DNA of 64,000 bases, from the NCBI RefSeq assembly GCF_009914755.1, contig NC_060933.1, one strand, 5' to 3'. This DNA is from the human T2T-CHM13v2.0 reference genome, Homo sapiens. Below, one piece after another: positions 39,420 to 51,803 of the stretch (position 1 is its first letter; every line of letters starts with the position of its first letter). Made by a program: the position numbers and the translations under genes. Below the pieces are notes generated by a model. The model was not told where the DNA came from and did no database searches. It saw only the letters and a list, made by a program, of their open reading frames with translations.

Positions 39420-40199
39420 CACTATCTTTCCTTACCCCTGTTTCAAGATGACAATTTCTAACTCAGTACGAGAAACAAAATTTGGAGTCATTCTTAACAG
39501 AACATCCTATATAAATTTAAACAGCATACTGGGAACTTGTGCCAAGGTATCACCACCATCTGGGGAAAAGAGTTCTAAATATCAACTTTTATTTTATTGA
39601 TCAACAAATACCCACATTTGAAAAGTCTACTCAAAAACTAACATAAGAGCAACATCAACCTGGTAGAGCATGAAGTGATTACTGTCTTCCTCCTGTACAT
39701 ATATAAACAAGTTCCTTAACACTCATCCTCCCAGTGTTTTTTTTTTTTTTAAATCACTTTTGTGATTGCCATATAATCTTTTTTCAGTCTTAGGCTCAAA
39801 GCCAATTTTCTTCTTGATAAGATGTCAATAGTTAAACCTTTGTCTGGATCTTTCAAGATGCTGAGGTTTTTAGGACACTCTCCTTCCAGGTATTAATCGT
39901 CTCCTATTTCTTTGGGTCCAGTCAACTGCAAGAATATTCTTGGCTGCACTGGCTCTTTGCTATGGCAGCCTCTCACACATAGTCCTCTCGTAGTCCATCC
40001 TAGTCTATAGCATAGATAGCAATTCTTTCCCAGAAAATATCAAATTAAACTACCTTTCAAGTTGTTAGCACTCCTTTTTTGGGGAGTTGGGGAGTTAGCC
40101 AAAATTTAGCACAGTATGTTAGCAGTAAGTAGTTATTGGCAAGTAGTGTGTGCTTAATAAATATAATATTAGATGATGGTTTTAAAATAGCATTCTGAG

Positions 40200-42207
40200 A
40201 ATAGACCTCACACTCTCCCAAATCCCCAGTGGATAATCAAAAAATACATAAAATAGAGAAAATATTCAGTATCACTGGAAACTAGGGGAAAAAATGCCAG
40301 TATTCCCCATCCCTGATGCTAAGAAAGAGAAGTGTCATCAAGAAGTAGGAGGAATTGACCATGGCTGAAATTTGCTAATAACACCAAAATCACAGGAACT
40401 GGAGTTAAGGAAAGTAGAAAAAGACAAATAAGAATTATATCACAAACTAAAACTTGATGTTTGGGAAAACACACACGCACACTCACTAGAAAAGCCAAGC
40501 TTCACAAGACAGCTATTCCAAAGAGAAAACTGGCAAATCAGCAGGTTGTGGATACCTGTGGAGAGAAGAAAATTAACTATAGGTAGGCATGTAGAAATAC
40601 GGTTCCAAACTGTGAATAGAAAAAAATTGAATCGTGATATCGTCAACAATCACAAAGGAAAACGTTCTATTTCTGATATTCCCCTTGCTTCTCCTTCTTA
40701 TTTCCCTCAAACTGTTGAATGCTATCCTGGTAATATCAAGTCTGATGAACCCATTATCCCAAAGGGAAGAGTTCAGGTGGGACATTATAATAAGAATTGA
40801 CATTATATATTGAGACCTTAATATGCCAGCCTGTGTTCCAAGCGCATTTATTATCTCACTTAACTGGAAAATGTACTTGTGTTAACTAAAAGATTGGAAA
40901 ATATAGAAGAATATATCATAAGAATGATTATTGAGAGAACTGAAATGAGAATAAAATATAAATATATATATTTTATACAGAGTACATAAAAATCATCTTT
41001 GAAAGATTAAATACATAATTTACCAATTAATAATTAATAATAAGTCTAGCATAAAATCGAAGATAAGTTTTCAAAAATCATAATTTAGGGAAGTGTGGAA
41101 GGAAAACTAAACATGCTCAGTATCTCCTTTTGCATAGTAGGATTCAGTTTACATTGTTTCATTTTTCCATTTTTATTTTATTTTTTAGTTTGCTCACTAA
41201 GGAAATTTAGATTGAATGATTATAAGAACAAAGTTTAAAAGAAAACCCATGAAAAGGTAGAAGATAACGGTAAGACAAGGTAAACATAAAAGACAAAAAT
41301 ATAAATAAAACACAGAAATGAGACGATTTTAATAACTCTGAAGGAGAAATTTATATTAAAAGACAGAGGCTGTTAGACTGATTGAAAAAATTAAAGCACA
41401 TTTTATTTACAAAGGAAATATATGAAATAAAAACATTACAAATGTAAAATTTTAAAAATTTTAAAAGAATACCAAGATAATTTCTCATTTAAAAGAAAAG
41501 GAGGAAAAGCATAGGTTATAGTTGTAAAAACAGAAAAAAACAAACCTCAAGTTAAAAATTAAGTGAACTTAATGGAGCCATTTTCAATTTCTCAAAATAC
41601 ATTCTTCATAACGATAATATCATTATGATTATCTATATTAAAATAGGCATCTCTCTACATATACACACAACAAACATAAGATAGTTTTTAAAAGATAAAA
41701 TACTTTCAAAAACTATTTTAAGAATTTAAAATAGTTTTAAGGGCAATACAAATGGAAAGGAAAGCAATAGTTATAACCTCTCATACCTCTTATTATGATA
41801 CTAATTTATAATGATTTCTAATTTACTAAAAAAATGGAACTGAACTTTTAAGTACCTAAGAAACATTAATGAGAATTCATCAAATCAGCCCATAGGGAAA
41901 AAAATCAATATGTTCCCCAAAGAACAACCTATGAAGGCTATATTCTCTGACCAAAATTTATTGATATGTGAAATAAATAACATTTTAATAGATAAATCAA
42001 AACACAATTTAATTGAAAAAGTAAAACCAGAAAGTCCACATTTCTAAATTATTTTTTTGAAAAAAGTAGAAGCTGTAATTACAGACTACTGAGACATGTA
42101 AAAATATTTATCATACATATCAAAATTTATAGTGTGCTGACAAAACTATATGAAGACAAATTGATGGCCATAGATATATTTATTATTAAATAAGAAAAAT
42201 TGAAATG
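40200..42207 (+). mobile_element. Ancient L1M (L1M4/M5/ME-like) fragment including degenerate ORF2 endonuclease region
   Basis: A-rich strand with ATTAAAAGACAGAGGCTGTTAGACTG, TATATTCTCTGACCA, ACATATCAAAATTT; best support 41280-42207, upstream part tentative. Confidence 0.65.
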
Positions 42208-42266
42208 TCTCACCCAAGGCCCTCCTATAATTCTATTTTACTTCCCTTTTCCACAATTCATACATA

Positions 42267-42910
42267 TAATTGATTCTGTTATTCATGTTAATTATGTTTT
42301 ATAAAGTTGTGGTGAACACTGAATTAGCAAATGCCAAACAATTGTCCCTAGGGCAAATACTGGGTTACCTTCTTGGGAGTTTCCAATCACAGTATTTTTG
42401 TAAGCTGATAAATACATAACCTTGTTTTATGTGTGTTTCTGTTTAAAGACACCTTATTTAACATATAGTGTTGATTCATTAGCATAGAACTTAATTTCAA
42501 CGGCACTATAACTCACCCCTAAAGGGAGTTCATGCAACATGCATTTTCTCCATAAGGCACATCACAGCCTTTTGAGCTTAGGAACACTAGACAGTACTTT
42601 AGCACTACATTTAGGGGTCATTTTAAACAGCAAAATTACCAACGAAAATGCAAAAAAATGTGGCACTAAATAAACTCCAAAAAGGTCAATGGTTTTTAGT
42701 ATCACAGCTGAAACAAAAAGGCAGAGCATCATTTTGTTTAACGTTAAGCTGGTAATGTATGCAGTAAGAGACTGAATTTTTTTTGCTGCTCTGAGCATGT
42801 CCATGAATGACCATGAAAGAACCATGAATATGGATCTTAAAGTTACAAATAAATTTTAGCTTGTAAGCAGATTCATGAATATGGAATCCATGCATAACAA
42901 GGATAGACTG
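42267..42910 (-). mobile_element. MER82 TcMar-Tigger DNA transposon, near full length
   Basis: TA dinucleotides at 42265-66 and 42911-12; GTGTGTTTCTGTTTAAAGACACCTTATTTAA, CTTAGGAACACTAGACAG; remnant transposase N-terminus MTPKCSAKVLSSVPK in ORF 42562-42825. Confidence 0.9.
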
Positions 42911-43150
42911 TATTTGCATGTTATCTGAAGAAATTTATATGTATTTGAAATTGTATGCTCCATATGTTTCCAACTTTATAATATAAGATATTTCTTGGAA
43001 GGATATACTGATGATTTAAGAAAAATAGTCAATATTAATAATATGATTTCAGGAAAAGATAATCTGAGCTTTCTAGTTATAAATTTTTTCAAAAACGCCT
43101 TCTGTTAACTAGAGAGTACCCCAATGTAATTATTAATGGCCAATACTACC

Positions 43151-43507
43151 TATTAAGGACTGAAAGTTTATGTTTCCTACAAAATTAATATGTTGAAATG
43201 TAATTCCCAATGTGATGGTATTTGGAGGTGGAGCCTTTTGGAGGTAATTAGGTAGGTCATGAGGGTAGAGCCCTCTTGAACCAGATTAATATTTTTATAA
43301 GAGACAGAGAGCTTTTTTCCTCTTTCTGTCATATGAGAAGATAAGAAGTTGACAGTCTCCAACTGGGAAAAGGACCTGTACCAGAATCAGACCATGCTGG
43401 CACCCTGATCTCAGATTTCCAGCCTCCAGGACTGTGAGAAGTAAATTTCTGTTCTTTCTAAGCTTCCCTGTCCACAGTGCCTTGTTCCAGCAGCCTGAAG
43501 TAAGGCA
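43151..43507 (+). mobile_element. MLT1A/MLT1A0 MaLR solo LTR with 5-bp TSD
   Basis: CCCAATGTGATGGTATTTGGAGGTGG, CATGCTGGCACCCTGATCTCAGATTTCCAGCCTCCAG. TSD CTACC at 43146-43150 and 43508-43512. Confidence 0.93.
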
Positions 43508-46069
43508 CTACCTAAAGTATTTAGAGGCCACCTGCCTCTGAGCACAATCAAAAAATAAAGTTAATGCTTCCCTAAAATTACAAAGCAAATCAGGGTATCA
43601 GTATAATCTAATTCATAGAAGTTAATTCAGGCTCAAGTTTATGTAGATATGACCTGTTTGACAAGAGTAAAATTTAATTATAAAAATTTCCCAGGATTAT
43701 CTGTCAAATAATCCATCAGAGTTTGGCATATGGAGTTTTTGGAAAAAAATAGATGGCTAAATATTAGAATAAGCCCCTTTTCCAAACCATAATAAAGTTC
43801 TGTCTTCGGGATGGCAGTACCATAAAGAGGAGCCAGTTTCATTGTCAATGTGTCTCTCCTTCTAAGAAGGCTTTACTTTTAGAGAATAAACACAAGGCAA
43901 GAAAATTTTCTTCCTTAAATCCCTGTAGTTTCTGACACCCCTACCCTCAGTAGCCACATATATACTATCCCTTTTCTCCCAACCCCACTTTAATGACAGT
44001 GTTGTCTTTAATTTGCAAGCTAAACTTAATTCAGCACCTATATACATCCTAATTAAGGCAGGAAATGTAATTCTGTCCTTACAACTATTGGGCTCAGAAA
44101 CTGATTTGATAGCTTAAACTATAACAACAAGGGTGTCTGGGAGAATGAACCAAGTCACTGCCTTCACCTCAGCCCTGATGAATATGCCTCATTTTTATTT
44201 CTGGTTTACTTCCTCAGTTTCTGCATATAACTACAGGTTCATTCCAGGACTAATCCTTTGCTCTGGATCTCAGATGTCTGACATCTACATTGCTCTTGCC
44301 AGTCACATCTTCCTGAGGGGTACTCTTTTTAGGTCTAGGCACTCTGTGGAATGCTGCCAGTCAGCTGACACCAACTATCACTGCTACTTGAAGGTACCAA
44401 ATGCCCATTCTATTGACCCATTTGAAATTACAGGGGAAAACAAAGCTGGCCTGACACAAGCCTTTGAACAATAATAAGCTCCCCTCCTCAGGGCCTAGGC
44501 CAACAGGTAATTCAGCTCTCTTTTCACATGTCCACTTCTATAATTCTACCTTATTCTCTTTTCCCACTATTCCAGTGTTATAATCCAACTCAACTTCAAT
44601 TGGCGTACATATTTTAAGCAAGAGGTTGTGGTAAGATGCTGCTTCAGAGACTGAGCAGAGATCAACTATAAGATAGTAGACCTACCAAGAACATTGTCAC
44701 CATAAACCTGTAGAGATGTTTAATTCAAACTATCCCAAGCCTATGAAATAACAGCAATTACATTTATCCTCCCACCTGGGATACTTAAAGGTTTTACTTG
44801 CTGCTTTAAAAAAATGAGTTATTCCAATAAAAAGTGTTTAGTAAGTTCAAAGGATCAATCTCATTATAAAGAAAATGTCAAGCCAATTTGTTAATCCTTT
44901 TAAACTAAAAGTCAAAGATTATTTTATAATGAGTTCTTTATTGAAGCAAAATTCATCTCTTTATATTTTCTATGGTCTGCAAATTTCCTTCAATATTTAT
45001 TTTATTCTTCTGAACAAAGAACTTATAACACATTTCCCCCCCAATGACAAATCATTACATTTAGGAAAAGGAAGTGTTGTCTTTCAATTTTACTATTGAT
45101 TGTTTCTCTCTCCACTTTAAATATATGAGCATATTAGCAGAATTAGGTAAAAAAAATCCTCAATTTAATCCTATGAAATAATAATTTGATTTAACTCATA
45201 TATTTGGAGGATCTTTATTTTCTCTTTATTTTAAACTAAAAGGAATTGTTTCTAATAAGTATGAAGTGATAGCAGGAGAATTCCAAATGTCAAATCTATT
45301 TGGTCTTTATTATGTGAATAGATTTTTCCAATGCTTACATTAAACTTAATTTAATAACATTTTCTGCTTCCACTTATAGCATTTTTCTATACTTCAGGTA
45401 AATCAATTTTATTTAATCAGCCAAGATCTAAGCTGTCATTTCAAAGGCAAAATTTTCACAACCAAATATCTCTTTCTCTAGCATGGAAGTATTTCTTTCC
45501 CAAAGATTTGCTGTTTCTGTTTGACAATTCTAAGCATTAAGAGTGTTCAGATTTATGTCACCCAGCAGACTTCTACAGGGAGAGCCTGAGTTTTCTTTTT
45601 TAAGACAAAAACTGAAGTACAAAGAAGATTAACCACTAAGGAAAATGAGAGCTTTTTAAATAGCAGAACTGTTGGCTGAAACACTTTGGGTAGAAGTGTT
45701 TGGGTAAAAAATAACATTTTCCCAAGATGCTGTGATATTTTGTGCTAATATTTCACACCTAAGGTGTTGTTTTCTTCATGCAGAGGCAGCAATCGGTTGG
45801 AAAATAGACAAAACACAAACTAACACACTTTTTTTTTTTTACTCTTAAGACTTAAGCTAATTTGCTACATAGTGATTAATGCTTTAATCAGGATTCTTGG
45901 GTTTGAAAATTAATCATTTCATCAACAGAATGTAGAATTTATATGGATGGAAAAATGCTATAAATCACAAGAAGAAGCACTGGAACGTTTAGACATTCTG
46001 AAATTATTAATTTTTCAAAGAAGCCTCTGTCCACCTTTCCTTTGGAGTCTTCTCTGCTAAAGCTCCAAT

Positions 46070-47390
46070 CCATTAATTAGTAGCTACATTGCTCTGAGTA
46101 AATTATTTGACTTCTCTAGCCTTTTTGTCTTTATACCTTAAAATGCAATATTAAAATTCATAAAGTGACTCCTCCTCTTGTTAGCAGGAGCAGCACAGTC
46201 CTTTGCAAAGGGTAATGAACACAGGGAGGCTTATTCATTAAGAGCCATTATTATAGCAGTGTGCCATATAGCCCCAAAGAATCCAGAATGCAGTGCTAGG
46301 TTGGGAAAAAGTTCCACCAGAAAGCAGAAGAAGGTAATGGAAAGGGTGGGGAGGCAATACATATATATGTTCTAATCTCCTCTATATGAATAGAATTCCC
46401 AGAGCAGGGAGATAAGTCAAATAGGTTGAATTGAAAGTCAAGAGTGAGAATAGAGCTTGAGGCCGATATACTACCAGAATTTCTGGAAAGAAACTTCCTC
46501 ATGGAGCATCCACACAGAGATATCTCACAATAGGGCAGCTGCAACAAAGTTAATCCAGCAGGGCAGCACAAGTGTATTTTGCCAGAACATCTTGATTTCC
46601 TATATAATCTTGAAGCTGTCCACTGGGTTATATGTGCCCTAGAGAAGGATACAAGTAATTAAGATAGCTGATATTGCTTTGTAGTGAAAATATCCATGGA
46701 GAGTTGATGAAGTGTTTGTGTGTTTCGGGAGGAAATGGGGTGCATCAAGGACCTTTAACCAAAGATCAGAAAACTTCAGGCTGAGTTACACACAGCGTCA
46801 GCAAGACAAAAATGGGCTCCCATTCAATGGATTGTTATGACTCTCCTAAGAAGTGCCAGCTCTGGGTAAACTACCAGCAGGGCTGCAAGAATCCAAATGA
46901 ATCTTCAAGAACCTCATGAGCAGGTCCCAAGCCCTCTTCTTTCCAACTACTACTGAGCACATAATGTCCCTGGCTTGCCCCTACAAATAGGCCACCAGAA
47001 GAGACTGAGAAAGAGAGAGAAGATCCAAAGTACTTCACATTTTCCCCAGAGACTGGGTTCCTAAATAAACTATTTAAATGTTGGGGTTAAACTGAGATAA
47101 CTTTCCCAAAGAGACATAAATTTAGTTTCCTCCTGACTCCTTCCCATTTTCTAGTAATATGGAAGTTTTATAAAGAAGGGCAAATCAGTTTTAAGAAAAT
47201 TAAATACATATTTTTGCACTTCTAAATGTAATATCAAAAATTAAGTTGCCCCTATTATTATAGTTCTCTTCCAGTGTGGTTATAACAATTAAATGAAATT
47301 AATTAACAAGTAAATGAAACCTGTGGTGTGTAGCATAGCATCTGTGAGTTACATGTCATTCAATTCATGGTAGCTTCTGTAATTATAAGA
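46070..47390 (+). mobile_element. MIR (46070-46165 and 47259-47390) split by a 1.1-kb insert, probably an ancient Gypsy-like LTR
   Basis: MIR core before 46166 and MIR tail after 47259; insert starts TG and ends with a MamGypLTR-like TTTTGCAC..TCT..GCCCCTA segment. Confidence 0.45.
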
Positions 47391-47412
47391 TGTCTAGAAA
47401 GGTAGGCTGTCA

Positions 47413-47685
47413 GGTCAGGCGGGGTGGCTCACACTTGTAATCCTAGCACTTTGCCAGTCCAAGGTGGGCAGATCACTTGAGGTCAGGAGTTCGAGACCAG
47501 CCTGGCCAACATGGTGAAACCCCATTTCTATTAAAAATACAAAAATTAGCCAGGCATGGTGGCGCATGCCTGTAGTCCCGGCTACTCAGGATGCTGAGGC
47601 AGGAGAATCGCTTGAACTCAGGAGGCGGAGGTTGCAGTGAGCCGAGATGGTGCCACTATACTCCAGCCTGGATGACGGAGCCAGA
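47413..47685 (+). mobile_element. AluS (Sx-like) lacking last 9 nt and poly(A) tail
   Basis: GATCACTTGAGGTCAGGAGTTCGAGACCAGCCTGGCCAACATGG; ends GGAGCCAGA; flanked by 15/17-identical TSD. Confidence 0.93.
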
Positions 47686-48977
47686 AAGGTAGTCTGTAAG
47701 ACCCCTTTGTTTAGACTTCCTTGTACTTTGTAAGGAGCTCATCTCTCCGACCTGACTGTTACATATTTGCAATGTGACTGCCCATGTGCCATGCCTCAGG
47801 CTTATAGTCCTGCCTATGGACCACATCATGCAATGGCACCGTGCTGGTACAGGAAGAAGTTATATGTAGGAACCTTGATAAAAGAGCCTGGTGGCTATTA
47901 AATGGATTACTAAAAGTTGTTTTTAAATATGTTTTTCATGTTGAACTATGAGGGTGATATGAATGGACGTATAACAAAATTGGTAAACTCTCAGAAATTC
48001 TCAGGGCCCTAAAGAAGATCACCCTACATCACCACCATCTCAAGCATATCTTCCGCGAGACACAGAAGAAACTTGAGAAGCCACAATGAGCACATATACT
48101 GAGCACTGATACTGATGCACTTGGCATGCATCACAGACAACTGTAATTTTTGGTAGACTGATTGATGTGACAGTGTTCATGTTAAACAATGCAGTTATAC
48201 TTCACATTAGTCCCAGTAGGCAGGTATGACCCATCAGTATTCTCTACGGCAAAAATAAAATGTACCTCTAACCTGTCTCACAACTGCTTCCTGATTCTTC
48301 CGTGTTCCACCATGATTCACGAGGGAATGCTGGTGGACCCACCACCTTGAGGGTCCATGGGTGCATAAGAGATGACTGTAATGCATCTCTGGGGAATGAT
48401 GTGGGAGGCTTATTAGGCAAACCCATTGTGTAAATGTACTGACAATAATTGTTTTTATATTGCAATATAAAGAGTATAACAGAACATAACAGATTTTGTA
48501 TCCTTGGTTTGTTTTGGAAACTGAAAAACTGCTGCTTGATTTTGTTATTTTAAGTATGCTTTTTGGAAGAATAATTTAAAAGTAGAAAGGGTTTAGACTG
48601 TAAAAATGATTGCTTTCTTCCTGTAGTCTGCTTCCTACAACACTCAAAGAATCTGCAAGAAGAGTCACTGTGGCCACAACAAAGCAGGAAAGCCCCCTTA
48701 AGCAGATTATAAATACTTTTCATAATTAAGTTATTCTGAAAAGAAGCACCATACTATCTTACCCCTGTTTACTGGAGCTCAGTAACCACATGAATCTGGC
48801 CCGGTGGCTGCAAATGTGGCATGCAAAACCTCCCACTAAAGTTTTAAAGTACGCCCTATGTGCTAATAGTCCTATGATTATTAAGTTGGGTTTTCAAATA
48901 CCTGAACCCAGGAAGAAGCTGTCTTGGGAAGAGAGAATCAAGTACCTAATTTATGCAAAGGACATCTTCCCTTCTAA

Positions 48978-48999
48978 ATTAATTAATTAATTAATTAAT
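48978..48999. repeat. (ATTA)5AT perfect 22-bp palindrome
   Basis: ATTAATTAATTAATTAATTAAT is its own reverse complement. Confidence 0.9.
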
Positions 49000-49009
49000 G
49001 TGACGTATA

Positions 49010-49160
49010 TTTTGTAGCAGATCTACTGGGGCTAATGTAACCCTGATTAGTTTGAGCCAATCAATGCATGGCATTTCCCTGACAACTGTTATGGGTCTAG
49101 GAATGGGCAAAACATTTAAGTAGTTTCAGTCAAGCTAAATAGAAGGATTTGCTTGGAGAA
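49010..49160 (+). mobile_element. Old MLT1 (K/L-like) fragment
   Basis: AGCCAATCAATGCATGGCATTTCCCTG..AGGAATGGGCA. Confidence 0.5.
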
Positions 49161-49163
49161 GAG

Positions 49164-49755
49164 AACTTGCTAGAAATGCAAATTTTCAGGTCCTGCTTCA
49201 GACCTACTATGATGGGTAGTTTTATGTGTCAACTTGACTAGGCCATGGTACCCAGACATTTGGTCAAACTCCAGTCTAGATATTGCTGTGAAGGTATTTT
49301 TTTAATGATTAACATTTAAACAGAAGACTTTGATGAAAACAGATGGCCCTCCATAATGTAGGTGGGCCTGACCCAATCAGTTGATGGCCTTAAGAGAAAA
49401 ACACTGAGCTCCCCCAAGGAAGAAAAAGTTATGCCTCCAAACTGCCATCGGACTTCAGCTGAAATATCAGCTCTTCCATGGACTTCCAGCATGCCAGTCT
49501 TCCCTACACACTTCAGACTTGCTAGCTTCCACAATCTTATGAGCAAATTCCTTAAAATGAGTCTTTCTCTATATATTTACATATATACGGTATCTATCAT
49601 GCACACATACATCATATTTGCTCTGTTTCTCTAGGGAAACAACTAATAGCACTGTTACTAAATTGGAAACTCTGGAGGTGGGGCCCAGAAATCAGTGTTT
49701 TAACAAACCAAGCCTTCTAGGAAATTCAGATACACCTAAAGTTTGAGGTCTACTA
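49164..49755. mobile_element. MER5A split by MLT2D (49164-49207 and about 49656-49755)
   Basis: AACTTGCTAGAAATGCAAATT..AGACCTACT then GAAACTCTGGAGGTGGGGCCCAG..TTTAACAA..AAAGTTTGAG. Confidence 0.85.
49208..49650 (+). mobile_element. MLT2D-like ERVL solo LTR
   Basis: TTTTATGTGTCAACTTGACTAGGCCATGG..TTTGGTCAAAC..CTAGATATTGCTGTGAAGGTATTTT..CTGTTTCTCTAG..ACTAATA. Confidence 0.9.
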
Positions 49756-49827
49756 TATTACTTCATCTTTATTGCATCTCATTGACAATTCAGTGGGAGA
49801 AGTTTGAAATTATACCTTGGTACATTT

Positions 49828-50415
49828 GCTAGTATCAATGTAGCTATGATGAAATTGTTTCCCAGAATTCCCTGCATAGATTCAGATTAGTGTAGGCCAC
49901 AGAGGCCATTTTCATGTAATTTGGAGGGTGGAAGGGGAACAGCAGAATCCTGTTTCACATGCTTTTAAGTTTAGAACAGGGCACGAGGTATTGTTGCAGC
50001 TTACCCACGTTGTGGCCTATCTCTTGGACCACCTGCTTGGCCTGAGCAATAGCCAGGCTCATAGAAATTGCATTATCAGATCCTCCTTCTGGTTTTCCAA
50101 CATCTGGCCCATGTAGAGAGTGGCCAACATATCCTGCAGAGCACTCCTGTGATTGAAACTAGAGGCATGGAGATATTGAGAAATGGAAGCAGCTTCCAGA
50201 CAGTGTCATGGGTTCTTGCCCATTCCCATAGGTTCTAGTTTGTCCTTGTTTCTTCAACTTCCTTATCCTTCTTCCTTTTGCATGTGCAAACACAACAGTT
50301 CCACAAAAAACTGTTTAACCAGCTCCCATAAAGTCAGGCATCTTTAATACATCCCTTAGATCCTATTATATCTCTTTCCAATGGTCTGTTTCTCTGATCA
50401 AATCTGACAGATACA
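49828..50415 (+). mobile_element. LTR41-like ERVL solo LTR
   Basis: TTTCCCAGAATTCCC 5' part; TGTTTAACCAGCTCCCA and TCTGTTTCTCTGATC..CTGACAGATACA 3' end. Confidence 0.7.
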
Positions 50416-51049
50416 TAAACAGAACCAGTTACCATTATAGAGACTGTTTTATGTGCAATAAAATAGAAAGACTTATGTATTTTACTTGTAGTAAATTCAC
50501 ACCCTCCATTACCTCAGCTTATGTAGTGTATGTTCTGCCCTTAAATGTTTACAGCACAGCATCTTTTGTCTTCCTTAAAGTCTCTCTTCTGCCCATTTCC
50601 TTTTACATTCAGATTTTTTTTCTTGTAGTGCACTACTTTTCTTTTCCCATGCTTTTGTCCATTGTTCTTTGTCCTATTATCTTCAGAGACTGTGAATAAT
50701 TCTTTCCCTTTCCCTTTATTATGGTGTTTGTTATCCCAAAGATACGGAATTTCCAGTGACCATGACTCCCCTGAGCACTCTCTTTCCTAATAGCATCAAT
50801 TTATTTTCCCAAGTTTCTTCTACTCTTACCATCTGATCCTCATTTATTTTTATGCCCTTTCTTCTCAATTATGCCACACTTCTATCCTTGTTAAAAAAAG
50901 ATACATTGAGACCACAGAAAAGACCTCAAATATATACAAAGGGATTTAAACATCAATGATTTTATAATTGGTTTATAGTCATTTTAAATGACTGATTTTA
51001 AATATTAGTGGAATTTTGCATTTCACTTAAAGAAATTTTAACATGCGTC

Positions 51050-51347
51050 TGTGTGTGTGTGTGTGTGTCTGAGTGAGAGAGCGAGACTTGCTGGGGTGCA
51101 GTGGCATGAATCTTGGCTCACTGCAATCCCTGCCTTGTGGTCTCAAGTGATACTCCTGCCTCAGCCTTCTGAGTAGCTGGGACTACAGGCATCCACCACC
51201 ACACCTGGCTAATGTTTTGTACTTTTTTGTAAAGATGCCGTTTCACCATATTGCCCAGGCTGGTCTGAAACTCCAGAGCTCAAGTGATCCACCCACCTCA
51301 GCCTCTGAAAGTGCTGGGATTACAGGCGTGAGCCACCAAGCCCAGCC
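51050..51347 (-). mobile_element. AluJ with tail replaced by (TG)9 and small 3' deletion
   Basis: Dimeric Alu with J diagnostics (GAGCTCAAGTGATCC, TTGCCCAGGCTGG); TG repeat 51050-51067. Confidence 0.9.
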
Positions 51348-51667
51348 TAACTTTTTATTTCTAATGCATTATCTGGCTTATAATCTAAAATTATTAGTGA
51401 ATGCCTTTATATTGTTTTTAAAAGTACCTACAGTGTACCTTCTACACTTAGAAATCACTGTATTAGAAAGAAGTTTGCCTATTTAACATGAGTAAGTCAA
51501 CTGTGGCACAATTCATTTATAATATTTAGCCATTACAGGTGTCTGTAAATTAAGTTCCCAGAATCGCTTTTGTATCATTTTCATAAGCTCTAGTGTTTTC
51601 TACATTTTGTAGCCAGTTTTTACTGGTATTGGTAGATGATCTCTTTTATTACATATTGTTCTGAAAT

Positions 51668-51803
51668 ACTATTATTCTATAAATTATAGTATACTCTAGC
51701 AAAATGTATTATGCTATATATACTATATTATACTATTGTACACTATACCACAAATTAGTTATGTTATAATATAAGACTATATTATGCTATCGTATACTGT
51801 ACT
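51668..51803. repeat. Degenerate AT-rich pentanucleotide-like low-complexity tract
   Basis: Repeated TATAC/TATTA/TATGC units. Confidence 0.6.

Noticed and set aside
42562-42825. Tigger transposase-like peptide
   Set aside because: Short N-terminal remnant inherent to non-autonomous MER82; no catalytic domain.
48334-48390. Two 7-bp stem-loops (TGGACCC/GGGTCCA, AGAGATG/CATCTCT) as a structured ncRNA
   Set aside because: Stems are short enough to arise by chance; no snoRNA boxes, tRNA fold or Pol III signals.
33071-48626. Isolated good + strand acceptors at 33097 and 48626
   Set aside because: No convincing matching donor; lone acceptors are common by chance.
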